Assembly (NCBI RefSeq): GCF_009834535.1
Contig: NC_045697.1
Location: forward strand, 98,334,001 to 98,398,000
Reading direction: 5' to 3'
Source of the DNA: Camelus ferus
Lineage: Eukaryota
DNA: 64,000 nt
A program made the translations under genes and the position numbers. This document shows, one piece after another, positions 39,341 to 50,210 of this stretch. The stretch's first letter is position 1. Each line of letters opens with the position of its first letter. A model generated the notes under the pieces. That model did no database searches. It saw nothing but the letters and a program-made list of their open reading frames with translations, and was not told the origin of the DNA.

Positions 39341-40079
39341 AGAGCCATCACCCAACAAATGTATCCTTTTCTCCTGCAAATAAATACTATTTTCCTCAAG
39401 GAAGAAAATGATAACACATTTATTTACTTTGATAAGTAACCTATCTTGGGAGCTTCCAAGAAAATTCATACTTCCTTTTCCATGTCTCTCCTTCTTTGAA
39501 GACGTATCCAAGAATGAAAGTTTTGCATCAAGGAAAAATAAAAGTCTAGAAAAGCTTTCAGTGAAATGAAAACGTGAGTGACAAATCCAGGAGAAGGATT
39601 TCAGTCCGCCTTTTTCCTGAACCAAAAAAACCGTGAGATTGTGCTTCCTCACCCTAAATTTCCCAGTGCCTTGCTTCTAAGACATCCTTAGACACGTCTA
39701 CTGCTTGGGCCAATTTTTCAAACAAAATAAGCCCCATTGACCCCTGGCCAGACACCATCCATAACTTCATGACCCTTAAGTCATCCTGGAACCCCATCCC
39801 TGCCCCTTCCCTGCAGGCACCAGGAGCTACCTCTACTTTCCCTTTTTGGGTTTCCTCTGGGAATGAGGCACCTCATCTCTCTAATGCTCCTGGAAACCAC
39901 AGAGTAGCAACGAAATCGCCCTGTACTTCCCAGTCCGTGGGCATTCACAGAGAAGAAAAGGAGCCCTCCGCTTCAGCTCTGACCTGAAGCATCTTTGAAA
40001 CAGTGAGGGGTCAATTTATTTAGGACTTAATGATCTGCTCAACTTTCTATTTTCCTTCCCTATAACTAATTGTAGCACA

Positions 40080-40115
40080 ATGACGTCATACATGAGCATG
40101 ACGTCATATAAGAGC
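40080..40115. promoter_or_regulatory. Tandem pair of palindromic CRE/ATF sites
   Basis: ATGACGTCAT at 40080-89 and 40098-107 inside an 18-bp duplication. Confidence 0.55.
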
Positions 40116-40545
40116 ATGAGGAGCCAACTTTTTGACCATCCTTTCCATGCATTCTGTCCTGGACTGATCTTAACCAGTGACAAATCTGAATAGAACGCTC
40201 ACTCCTTTTCAGAATAAAAGCACTGTCAGATTCCTCCTACAAAGTAACTTTTTATGCACATAAACACTCCCTTTTTTTCTGTTCTTTTTCATTTCCTTCC
40301 TTTAAAAAAAGAATGAAAAAAAAAACAAAAAAACACTAACAATGTAATGCAGAGCCAGGCACTCAGGATGGAGAAAATGCCAACCTTGAATCTTCCTGAC
40401 AATAGTGACCTGCATCTCTTAACACGCACTTCCTCTCAGAGGGTGGCAGGAAGAAGTTTAGGTTTGAAATTCTTCAGCTGTTTCACCTGGGCTGTTCTGA
40501 GAGACTGATGGGGTGAGGACAATGGATTTTCGGTCCAACTAGAGG

Positions 40546-40989
40546 TGTTACTGACCCAGGTTCCTGGATTTTGTGATCAATAGAAATTGGTAAGTGGCCA
40601 GAGGAAAATTCAGGCAAGGTTTTATTGGGACTCATGCTGCAGCACAAGGAAGCAAAAACAAGTAACAGGTTCCCTTGCTCACTCCCTGGCGTGGGAGAGG
40701 ACAAGCTGGTCCCTTAAATGGGGTGAGGGTAGGGGCAGAACAGTGGGTCTGCCCACCCCCTTGGTGGGGTTGTGTGCAGGGACTTTGTGCAGTACCCTGC
40801 TTTTGCACCTCAGAAATGGTGGTTGGATTTTTGGTCTCTTTGTATCTTGTTTCTCATAATTGGCCCCAACTGCACATGCACAGTTATTTTTAGTACTTTA
40901 TAGTTTCTTTGTATCCTGTTGCTCCTGGAGACACATGTCCAGTGCAAGCACTACAGTAAAGAAAGGGTCCCATGTCCCAACCTATTTCA
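40546..40989 (-). mobile_element. Cetartiodactyl ERV1-type solo LTR (about 444 bp)
   Basis: TG...CA ends, AATAAA on the minus strand near 40621, near-TSD gagg/gaag. Confidence 0.75.
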
Positions 40990-41059
40990 GAAGGTGCTCC
41001 TTTGGGAAGGTCTGTGTTATAGGTTGGGAAGCTTAGGCACCAGCAGCTGCAACTAACTG

Positions 41060-41240
41060 CCAGAGACCCTGTTTCCTAATCTCACTGTCAACTCTGGAAC
41101 CTAAGAATTAAGTACCCAAATCTAGACTCCCAGTGCTGGAGAATGAAATTCAATAGGTGTGGGGAAGAGTTGGGCAACTAGAGTTTTAAAAAGGTCCACA
41201 GGTGCTTCTGCTGTGCAACCAGACCTGAGAGCTGTGGCCC
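41060..41240. mobile_element. MER5-like DNA transposon fragment
   Basis: 'ttttaaaaaggtccacaggtgcttctgctgtgcaaccag'. Confidence 0.45.
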
Positions 41241-41363
41241 TCACGCTGTGATCTCGAATGGAAGGTACACCTGACAGGGGCCCTACTTCCCACCACACCT
41301 CCCAGATATCCCTGCGAGAGATGAGCATTAGCAGGGAAATAAGGGAAGAGGATTGATCCTCTT

Positions 41364-41832
41364 TGTATCAATTTCCTCTTCCTGATGTAACAAATCACCC
41401 CAGATTTAGTACCTTCAAACAACACAAATTTATCTTAAAGTTCAAGAGGTCAGATGTTCAAAAGAGGTCTTACAGGACTAACACCAAGGTGTTGGCAGAC
41501 CTGTGTTCCTGACAGAGGCTCAAAGGAGAATCTGTTTCCCTGCCTTTTCCAGCTTCTAGAGGTGGCCTGCATGCCTTGGCAGGCGGCCCCCAGTGACCCC
41601 ATCACTCCCATCTCTGCTTTCCTGATTCTGACTCCCCTGCCTTCCTCTTTCACTTAAAAGGACCCTGGTGATTGCATGGGCCCCACCAGGATTAGCCAGG
41701 ATAATCTCCCCCATTGGAAGATCCTTAATACAATCACATCTCAGAGTCCCCTTGCCGAGTGAAATAACAGATTCACTGGTTCTGGGGATTAGAAACGGGG
41801 AGGGAGGTGGCAGTGCTATTCTGTTTACCACA
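41364..41832 (-). mobile_element. MLT1C/D-type MaLR LTR
   Basis: 'tgtatcaatttcct...ccttttccagcttctagaggtggcctgcat...tattctgtttaccaca'. Confidence 0.85.
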
Positions 41833-42663
41833 CTTTTCTTCTGGGAATATTGGGCCGGTCCAATTAGAGTGGAGAGTGGGTGTTTGCCAGAGGATTCTCT
41901 CATTATCAAAGTCTCAAAACCATCTTCGTTTAGTAGTCTATGCTGGTTGTGCTTGCTACTTATTTCCACTCCTGCGTTTCCTGGTTAATGATGCACTCCC
42001 ATTTCATCTCTCCTCATCTTTGGAGACACACATTTCGAGATAAGACACAATGCTCATTCCAAAATGAGACAAGGGCACTGCGTTGGGCATGCACGAAAGA
42101 AAAATAATTTCAGAGCATAAATTGACAAACTTTGTGCAAAACAAGCTTGGGAAACTCCACAGCCAAATATCTTCAATCAGCATTCCTGGCACGTTTGCCC
42201 ATTAAATGCGAGGCAAGTCAAGCAGGTCTTTATCGTTGTTGAAATAGCAAATCTGCACATTTTGTGTGATTCAAAATATTTGTAATAGAACTGCTACTAA
42301 ATATACAAGCATAGCATTGGTCCCCACATGCCAATTCTTTCTCGATTGTAAAGGAAAGCATTGTGCCTAGCAGTATAGCTCTGGGGAGGGAGTTTTGCCC
42401 ATGATAATAGAGTATTTTGGGGGACAAGGAGTGTGAAGGTGGGGAGGCAATTGCAAAACTGAGGGAGACAGGATATGGGGCTCTATTTGCTAAGGGAAAA
42501 AACAGTTGGCAATACACTGGGGTTGTTAAAGAAAATAAGAAAGTTTCTTGGAAATTAAATTCAGGGAAGATGACACTGAAAGCAAGAGGAAATGAAAATT
42601 CTTTCTGATTTAAAGCAAGTACAAAAAAAAACAAAGCAAGTACATTTAAGAAAAAGTTAAGTG

Positions 42664-42824
42664 GGGGGTAGGATATTATAGCTCAGTGGTAGAGCGCATG
42701 CTTAGCATGCATGAGATCCTGGGTTCAATCCCCAGTACCTCCATTAAAAATAAATTAATTAATTAAAAATAGGTAAGTAAATAAACCTAATTACCTCCCT
42801 CCCCACACACCCCCCCCACAAAAA
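42664..42824 (+). mobile_element. Vic-1-like SINE
   Basis: Intact A and B boxes (tagctcagtgg; ggttcaatcc); 16-bp TSD aagaaaaagt(t/g)aagtg. Confidence 0.95.
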
Positions 42825-42929
42825 AAGAAAAAGTGAAGTGATGATAAACATTTTTCAGATACTGCTTTGTATTTCTTGTCTTGAATGAAGGAGAAAATTA
42901 AGGAGAAATGAAGGAGAACTGAATGGCCA

Positions 42930-43200
42930 GTTCTTCATTTTTCTATTCCTACATTCATCTTTTTTATTGATTTGTAAGCACTCTTTGTGTTTTGGGGTTA
43001 TTAACCTTTTTTTCCAAACTACATATTGCAAATAGATTTCCTATTTGCCAGTCCTGTTCGCAGTAAGGATGTTTTTCTCTGCAGAAGTTTTAAATTTGTA
43101 ATCAGTCAAACTATCATTTTTTTCCCTTCATGCTCTGTGAACTGAGTATTAAGCTCAGAAAGGCCTTCTGTAGAAGAAGATTATTCAAATTTCTCCCACT
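42930..43200 (-). mobile_element. Old L1M fragment
   Basis: 'ttattgatttgtaagcactcttt...catattgcaaata...cagaagttttaaattt'. Confidence 0.6.
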
Positions 43201-43257
43201 GGTAATCAAAAAATGTAAATCAAAATGAAGTTTAATTTTTTAACTATCAGATTCCTG

Positions 43258-44190
43258 CATTCACTTCCTCAGCAAACTTTTGCCAAGTGCCCAATTATGT
43301 GACAAGGATTACACTAAGAGCTAGGAAACCCAGGATAAAGAAAGCAGAAAGAAAGTCCTATCCTTGTGACATTTACATTTCATTGGGTCCAGATAAGCAG
43401 TAAAGAAGATGAATAAGTAAACTACATCATATACTGGGAAAGTGCTATGAAATAAGGTAAAGCTGGGAAAAGGGGACAAGGGATATTGAAAGGTGGGACA
43501 GGTGGCATTTTAAATGGGATCATTGGGGAAGGTCTCCCTATAGAGCCAGGCTAGTGATCCAGACAGAGCTTAGAGCCAGCATGAAGTCCTGAGGCAGGAG
43601 CTGCCTGATGTGTAAGCAACGTGGCCAGTATGGCCAGAAGGGGAGAAAACAAGGGTAAGAGTGGAAATAGGTGGGAGGGAGGCCATATCACCTAGGTCCT
43701 GACGACCATTGCAAGGATTCAGGATTTTACAATGAATGGGATGATGGGATGGCATTGGAGGGTTTGACTAGGGGGTGATATTATCTCACAACTTATCAGA
43801 ACCACGCTAGCTTCCATGTTGAGACTAGACCCTCCTGGAAGTAGGACCGCTTGTTTGGGGACTATTGCACTGATCCAGGTGAGAGGTGGCAGTGACTTGG
43901 GCCATGTGAGGGCAGAGGATTGGATGTGGTGTCTGAACACTGAGTCAGAGGGCATCAGGGGTTTTGGTCTGAGCAATGAGAAGTGTGGAGTAGCCATGAA
44001 CTGTGATGGGAAAGCCATGAGTGAAACAGATTTAGATACTAAAATTTCAAGTGGAGATGTCAAACAGTCTGCCAGATCTACAAGGTAAATTTCAATACTC
44101 TCTTCCATTTCTGAACTAGAGATGAGCATTTGGGAATCATCAGCATATGGGTGGAATTTAAGGCCATGACTCTGACTGAGGTGACCAAGA
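43258..44190 (-). mobile_element. L2 fragment(s)
   Basis: 'cattggagggtttg...tattgcactgatccaggtgagaggtggcagtgacttgg...ttgggaatcatcagcatat'. Confidence 0.75.
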
Positions 44191-44560
44191 TTGGCAAAGA
44201 TTAAAAATAATGACAATACCAAATATTGATGGGTGCCTAAGAAAATTCACATTCTCACATGCCCTCCATCTAAATCAAGATAATCCCTTCTGGAAAGCAG
44301 TTAGCAACACGTATCAAAATTTAAACATACATAACTTTGACCCAGCAATTCCATTTCTAGGAATTCATTTTAAGGAAGAAACCATACAAAGAAGTGAAAA
44401 TAAGGATGTTCCAACCTAAACATCCAACAAAAGGGAATTAGTTATTGTGGCACACACACAATTAATGCCATACAGCCATTAAACTTAAAATATAAAGATG
44501 TATATTGACATGTGCTATCTTATCTGTAACTTACTAAATACTGTAGCGAATATAGTATAC
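44190..44560 (+). mobile_element. Old L1ME 3' fragment
   Basis: 'ttggcaaagattaaaaa...ctttgacccagcaattccatttctaggaatt'. Confidence 0.7.
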
Positions 44561-47500
44561 TATAGATGTGCATTTTTTTTTTCTTTATAGTTTAGGCTAT
44601 TCCCTAGAAGGAGACAATTGTTCTAATCAAGAATCCACGCTCTGGGGCGGTCAGCTAGCATTTTATCAGAAAGACCACACTCCGGAGGCGATTACTAAAA
44701 GCCCTTCTGTAATCCACATCCCTAATGAACAAGAAATGGTTTTGCTAATTAGCATACTGAATTTCAGAAATGGGTTTTCATAGGGGAAATTAATGGGTTG
44801 TTAATGAGCATAATGTGTATTAGAAATGGGCAATCACTGGTGAAATTTGTAGAATTCAAATTTGTGAATTGGCTAAAATGTTTTAGAGACACCTCTTCCC
44901 TTTGCTCAAACAGAGTAAAAAGTAATGAGAGCAGCCCAAGGGCTGTATTTTCCGGGATGTTCCCTGAGTCTTGATCCCTAAACAGTCTTGCATCCAGCCA
45001 CCAGTTTAAAGACTTCTGGGTGCCTGTTGCTGACACAAAGGGTGACAGAATGTTGTCTCAAGAATTCAGAGGGGTTTCAAGTGAACCTTTCATGACACTA
45101 TGGTTGGAGGCCTTAAGAGGGGAAACGACAGGACTTCAATGAATTTACAGAAGAGGTTAGGTGGATTGTGTGGTTTTGCTCCTGCTTGCTAACAATTGTG
45201 GATTAGCTCTGAGATAACCTGAGAGCAAGGTCACAGGAGTAGCTCACACTTAACCCCTCTCACTGTTCACGCGGCCACTCTTTTTCACCCATAAGAACCC
45301 AGGGTTGAGGACGACTCAGGCAAACAGATGTCGGGGGCACAACACAGAAAGGGATGTGAGACACATACCACTTGCCCCCAAGGACTACAGAACTGGGATC
45401 CTTGGGGCAGGAAGGAATAGGGCTGAGACTTGGGCTGCATTTTTAGAATCAGTTAAAAAGATAAAGCTCAAAACTGTCTTTGAAAAAGTAAAGTCAAAAT
45501 AGAATGGATAGAGAAAAAAAGATGGATGAGAAAATAGCCAGGGAATTCCAGTGACTTTAAATGGCCAACCAGAAATTGATATTTCACCCGTATTCCTACC
45601 TCTATTTCACCCCTCTTTTTTTCCAATAGTAGCAGTTAGGGCTTAAATCACCTACAAATTTTCTTCTACTTTTTCCCCCTGTCTCAGGAGCAATCATTAC
45701 ATCCTAAGTGACTGAATTCATTTGGATATTCATACACTTGGCATATTTACCCTCTCTGGTTCTCTGCCCCTCCTAACCACGGACAGTCAGCAGTACTGAT
45801 GAATTTGTTTCCTATCATTTGTTTTAAGTAGCAAGATATTATTCTTGGTTGTTCAGATTACTAACATTTTCCATTGATTCCTGCTTCTACCCTTCCTCCT
45901 TCCTCTCTCTCCCCTTACTGTATTAAATAATGCCTGATATATTTCTCATTTTATCTCTCCTTCCCTTCCTCCGGCTCTCTCCTTACTCCTTATTGTCTCC
46001 AGCAATCCCAGGCACCTAAAGAAAATAATAGTAAGTGAAGAAGCAGCCTGGTCAGGACATGCCCCAAAAGAATTCCGTGGAATGAGTGGTACACCCCCAA
46101 CATTACAGAGGTGGTGAGTTTTTATAAACCCACACTCAAAAACTTGCCCTCAGTGAAGCTGGAAAAACATAATAATCAAATGATAAAAGTTTTCTGAAAG
46201 CGTTTCTCTCTGGCTTTATAAAGGCAGAATAGAAACAGATCTAGGAGGGAAGGCTAAATCACAAAACCAGAAAATGCAAGCCTTATAGAACTCTGATAAG
46301 GATGGCGAGAAACATCATTTCCTCTTCAAACAGCTTTTTAAAAAATACTATTTGATTTTAAACTCACCAGTCTATGTCTGGATGAACATATGTTACCACA
46401 CAATTATTCCCCTTTGAAAATCTCTACTGCCCGACAAACCAGCAGGAAAAGGGACTTTTCTGGCAGGGGGTGGACAAGAAGACATGAGATGCTTGACCCT
46501 TTTAACTGCTTTAAGTAGCTGCCTATTTCTTTTCTGTGTATCTTTTTTTTTCCCCTCCTCCTGCTGCTTATGACTCTTGTTTCTACTTTGCAAGGACATG
46601 TTTTACTTACCATTCTCTCTCCCCCTTCTTAATTGGCCTGCAGTAGAAACACAAATTGCACCATGTACTTTATCATTAGCCATTTGACGAGCCCAAAATG
46701 CCTCATAAGTACCACCTAGAGGATATTAATCAGACCTGCTGACTCTTCTAAGCACCCACTTTTATATCTTGACCCCGATGAGGCCAGGGGTGGTAATCAT
46801 GCCCCACTCCTGGGGGAGCATTCAGTCACTGCCTCTCCATCAGCAAAGACACAATGAAAAGGTATGTCGTCTGTCCCGCACAAGGCGAGTCCACAGCCCA
46901 AATCTCTCCTTCTGTCCGTTAGCTTTAATGCCCATTGTACTTTATGGACATGAAAAGTCTGTCTCGTTTTTTCCCCCTCTCCCTAGGTAATACAGCATGG
47001 AATGAATGTCTGAATCCTAAAATGGCAGCTAAGCTTGGTAATCTTCTTTAAAGTCTCATAGCTTGGCAAAGACAGCCTCCTTTCTTGGAAGCAAATCCAG
47101 GAAAACTATGGCGTCAAAAAGGCTGGAAAAAAAAAAAAAAAAAAGTGAGGTTCCAGCTAGACAAGCATACAGAGCTGGCTCCAGGGGTATTGTCTGCTCT
47201 GCTGTTCCCACACTGTATGTGTAATTGTATATTCCACCAGAGAACACGCATTGAATATCTGCTTATGTTATATGATGATAGAGGTTTATTGTAAGATTTC
47301 AGTTTCTCAAAGCTTGATTCTTTGTGTAAAATGTCACTACCAGCCTTCTTGTATCAAAAATCTTGGAATTCAAATCACCGTGTGTACTCTGAAACATCAG
47401 AAAGGAGAAAACAGGTGGAAAATATTCCAATATGAATAAACAAACTGACTATGACCTCATCTTTCTGTCTTAACTTATTCATTCAGTAACTAACTTACAT

Positions 47501-48364
47501 GGCATACCTCTGTACCTCTAGGACAAAAGTCATGTGCCAAAAACACATCCTCATTTATTACTGAGCTGAACTGGTATTTGTCCACAGCTCAGCATGGAAT
47601 ATGGTAGAACTTCAATTTCATATTTAACTTATTTTAATGCATAATTTATAATTTTGTTTAAGGTTCTATTTTCTCCACCTCAGGTCATTTCTTCACTATC
47701 TCTATTTTCCGTTTCTAAATTTTCATGAGGTCCAAGGTTTTGTGGCCATTATGATTTTTCAGAGGACATTTTGGCTCCAAAGGGAGATTTGAATGCATTC
47801 TAACAGTAATTATCAGATAGAGGAGCTCCCAGCATAGTCTGTGCTTTCGGATGTCACTGTGCTTTCTGTTTTTATCTCAGAAGCACACACATCACTTAGA
47901 GATGTCTCACTCCTCCGCATTCACAGTTTTTCGAGATCAGTCAATGTTAAGTTCAGCAAACTGGAGGTTTTGTGCCCAATTCCTTTCTGGAAGATCACCT
48001 CGTCTCAGGTAAGGAATCCATAGAGAAAAGGCCTATGAACACATCTCAGGAAACACCAACATTCAGACCCACAAACAGAATGAGAGGGAGCAGTGAACAA
48101 GTGTAAAAGCAAAGCAGGAGAAAAAAACCAGATGGCATCACAGAAACCAAAGAAAGAATCAAGGACAGGGTTCCATGAGGAAGGAGTACCAGAGGACCAG
48201 GAGAAGACTAAGGAGCAGACTCTCACCAAAACCAAGAAAAATGCCTCAGAAAACAGAGAGTGATGGTCAAAGCCATACATGAGTCAGTGCAGTCGGTAAA
48301 ACACTTGAGGGCAGACACCATGACTATCATTTCCCTTATAAGTATCCTGACACCTACCACAGTG

Positions 48365-48432
48365 CTGATAGATGACTGATAGATAGATGATAGACAGATG
48401 GATAGACACAGAGAGAGATAAATAGATATATA
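48365..48432. repeat. Degenerate (GATA)n
   Basis: Seen directly. Confidence 0.75.
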
Positions 48433-48516
48433 TAATGAGCATTAGGTAGCTTCCAAGTATACTTTCATATAGTTTTCTGCCTGAAACACAGGAAATGGCA
48501 TTCAAAATGTAGCTAA

Positions 48517-49227
48517 GCCACTATGGAAAACAGTATGGAATTTCCTCAAAAAACAAAAAACAGAACTACCATACAATCCAGCAATTCCACTCCTGGGTAT
48601 ATATCCAAAAAACAAACAAACAAAAACCAAAAACACTAATCTGAAAAGATATATGCATCCCAATGTTAACAGTAGGATTACTTACAACAGCCGTGATATG
48701 GAAGCAACCTGAGTGTCCATCAACAAATGAATGCATAAAGAAGATGTGGTGTGTGTATATATATACACACACACAATGGAATATTACTTGGCCATAAAAA
48801 TAATGAAATTCTGCCATCTGCAACAATGTGGATGGACCCAGAGAGTATTATGCTTAGTGAAATAAGTCAGACAAAGACAAATACTGTATGTTATCACTTA
48901 TATGTGGAATCTAAAAAATAAAACTAATGAATATATATAACAAAACAGAAACAGATTCACAGATATAAAAACAAATTAGTGGTTACAAGTGGGGAGAGGA
49001 AAGGGGAAAGGGCAATAAAGGGGTAGGGACTTAAGAGATACAAACTACTATGTATAAAATTGATATGCAACAAGGATATATTGTACAGCACAGAGAAATA
49101 TAGCCATTATTTTGAAATAACTTTAAATGGAGTATATTCTATAAAAATATTGAATCACTATGCTGTACACCTGAAACTAATATAATATTGTAAATCAACT
49201 ATACTTCAGTTTGGAAAAAAAAGAAGA
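48517..49227 (+). mobile_element. 5'-truncated L1 3' end (L1MA9/L1_Art-like)
   Basis: ORF2 tail and 3'UTR; perfect 13-bp TSD aaaatgtagctaa (48504-16 and 49228-40). Confidence 0.93.
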
Positions 49228-49349
49228 AAAATGTAGCTAATACATAAAGGAGCCGCTATCAAGAGAAGCCTTGGCAAAATGTTAAGTTGGTGATATTTGT
49301 TTAGGAGACAGGGTGCAACAGAGAAAAGTTGAGTGGGCAGCAAGTTAAT

Positions 49350-49450
49350 GGACTTGATTTGTACTCTGACTCTGCAATAACTCGCATGTGACCTCGAATT
49401 TACCCATAACCTCTCTGAGTCTCAGTCTCTCCCATAGTCAAATTAGGGGA
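49350..49450 (+). mobile_element. MIR core
   Basis: 'tgtgacctc...aacctctctgagtctcagtctctccca'. Confidence 0.55.
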
Positions 49451-49789
49451 GTGGATTCTGTAGTGCTTTTTCCAACTACAAAACATGTACAGCATCCTTT
49501 TTGCTCTCCCACCTCAAGCCTTATCCTTTGTCCATCCAGACAAAGGCTTTCCCCCGGCTACCAAGTCATCCTGACCCCTTGTGCTGTCTTCTGGCCACAT
49601 CTAATCCTTGCACAGAAGCCTGTCCTTCTAGACATGCCCACTTGCTCTAAACTACCATTCTTGCAGCACAGCTGGTCTCAGCTGAGTGTTATCAAGAAAG
49701 TAAAAGTCTATTTGATTGACTCTGTACTCATTCGGTAGATTAGGTTGGTGGGCAGTATGTCTTCCATTTAGTGGAGACGTGCTTTTCAC

Positions 49790-50210
49790 CTTTACTCTTC
49801 CCTTCTTGGACCACATCAGCAGTGCTCCAGTGCCCTCTGGCCAATGCGAAGACCTAACAGGAAATCAGAGAAAGGAAGAAAGGAGAAGAAGAGCATGCAT
49901 CTCCCTGGCTGCTTCCCTATAAGGTTCACTGGAGGTGGCTGATGCCTTAATTGAAGATCACTACTCATCTCTTGAAAGGGCACACTCTACGAAACTCTTT
50001 CCTCTTATGGGTTTGGTATCTGGTTCAGTAACCTCTCCATCTCACCTCCTGTGAGTCCCAGGAGTGGTAACAGCTCAAATGTTGCAACTCCAGTTTCCTG
50101 AGCTATCCCTTCTGGTTTCTATCAACCCCATCCCCTTGTAAATAAAACTCTTTAGACTTTCCTTGAACTATCCTAATTTGAGTGTTTCATTTGTTTCTTG
50201 TTAAGTATTA
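49790..50210 (+). mobile_element. LTR33-like ERVL LTR
   Basis: 3' motif 'ttgtaaata...aactatcctaatttgagtgtttcatttgtttcttg'. Confidence 0.6.

Noticed and set aside
39502..39573. Possible 72-nt plus-strand exon ending at GTGAGT
   Set aside because: Weak AAG acceptor, weak exonic donor bases, stops in all three frames
42664..42742. tRNA-Ala(AGC)-like sequence (also at 55363)
   Set aside because: Head of a tRNA-derived SINE: the acceptor stem is disrupted and it carries the SINE tail and a TSD
45776..45790. REST/NRSE-like ACCACGGACAG
   Set aside because: The left half (TTCAGC) is missing; half-site only
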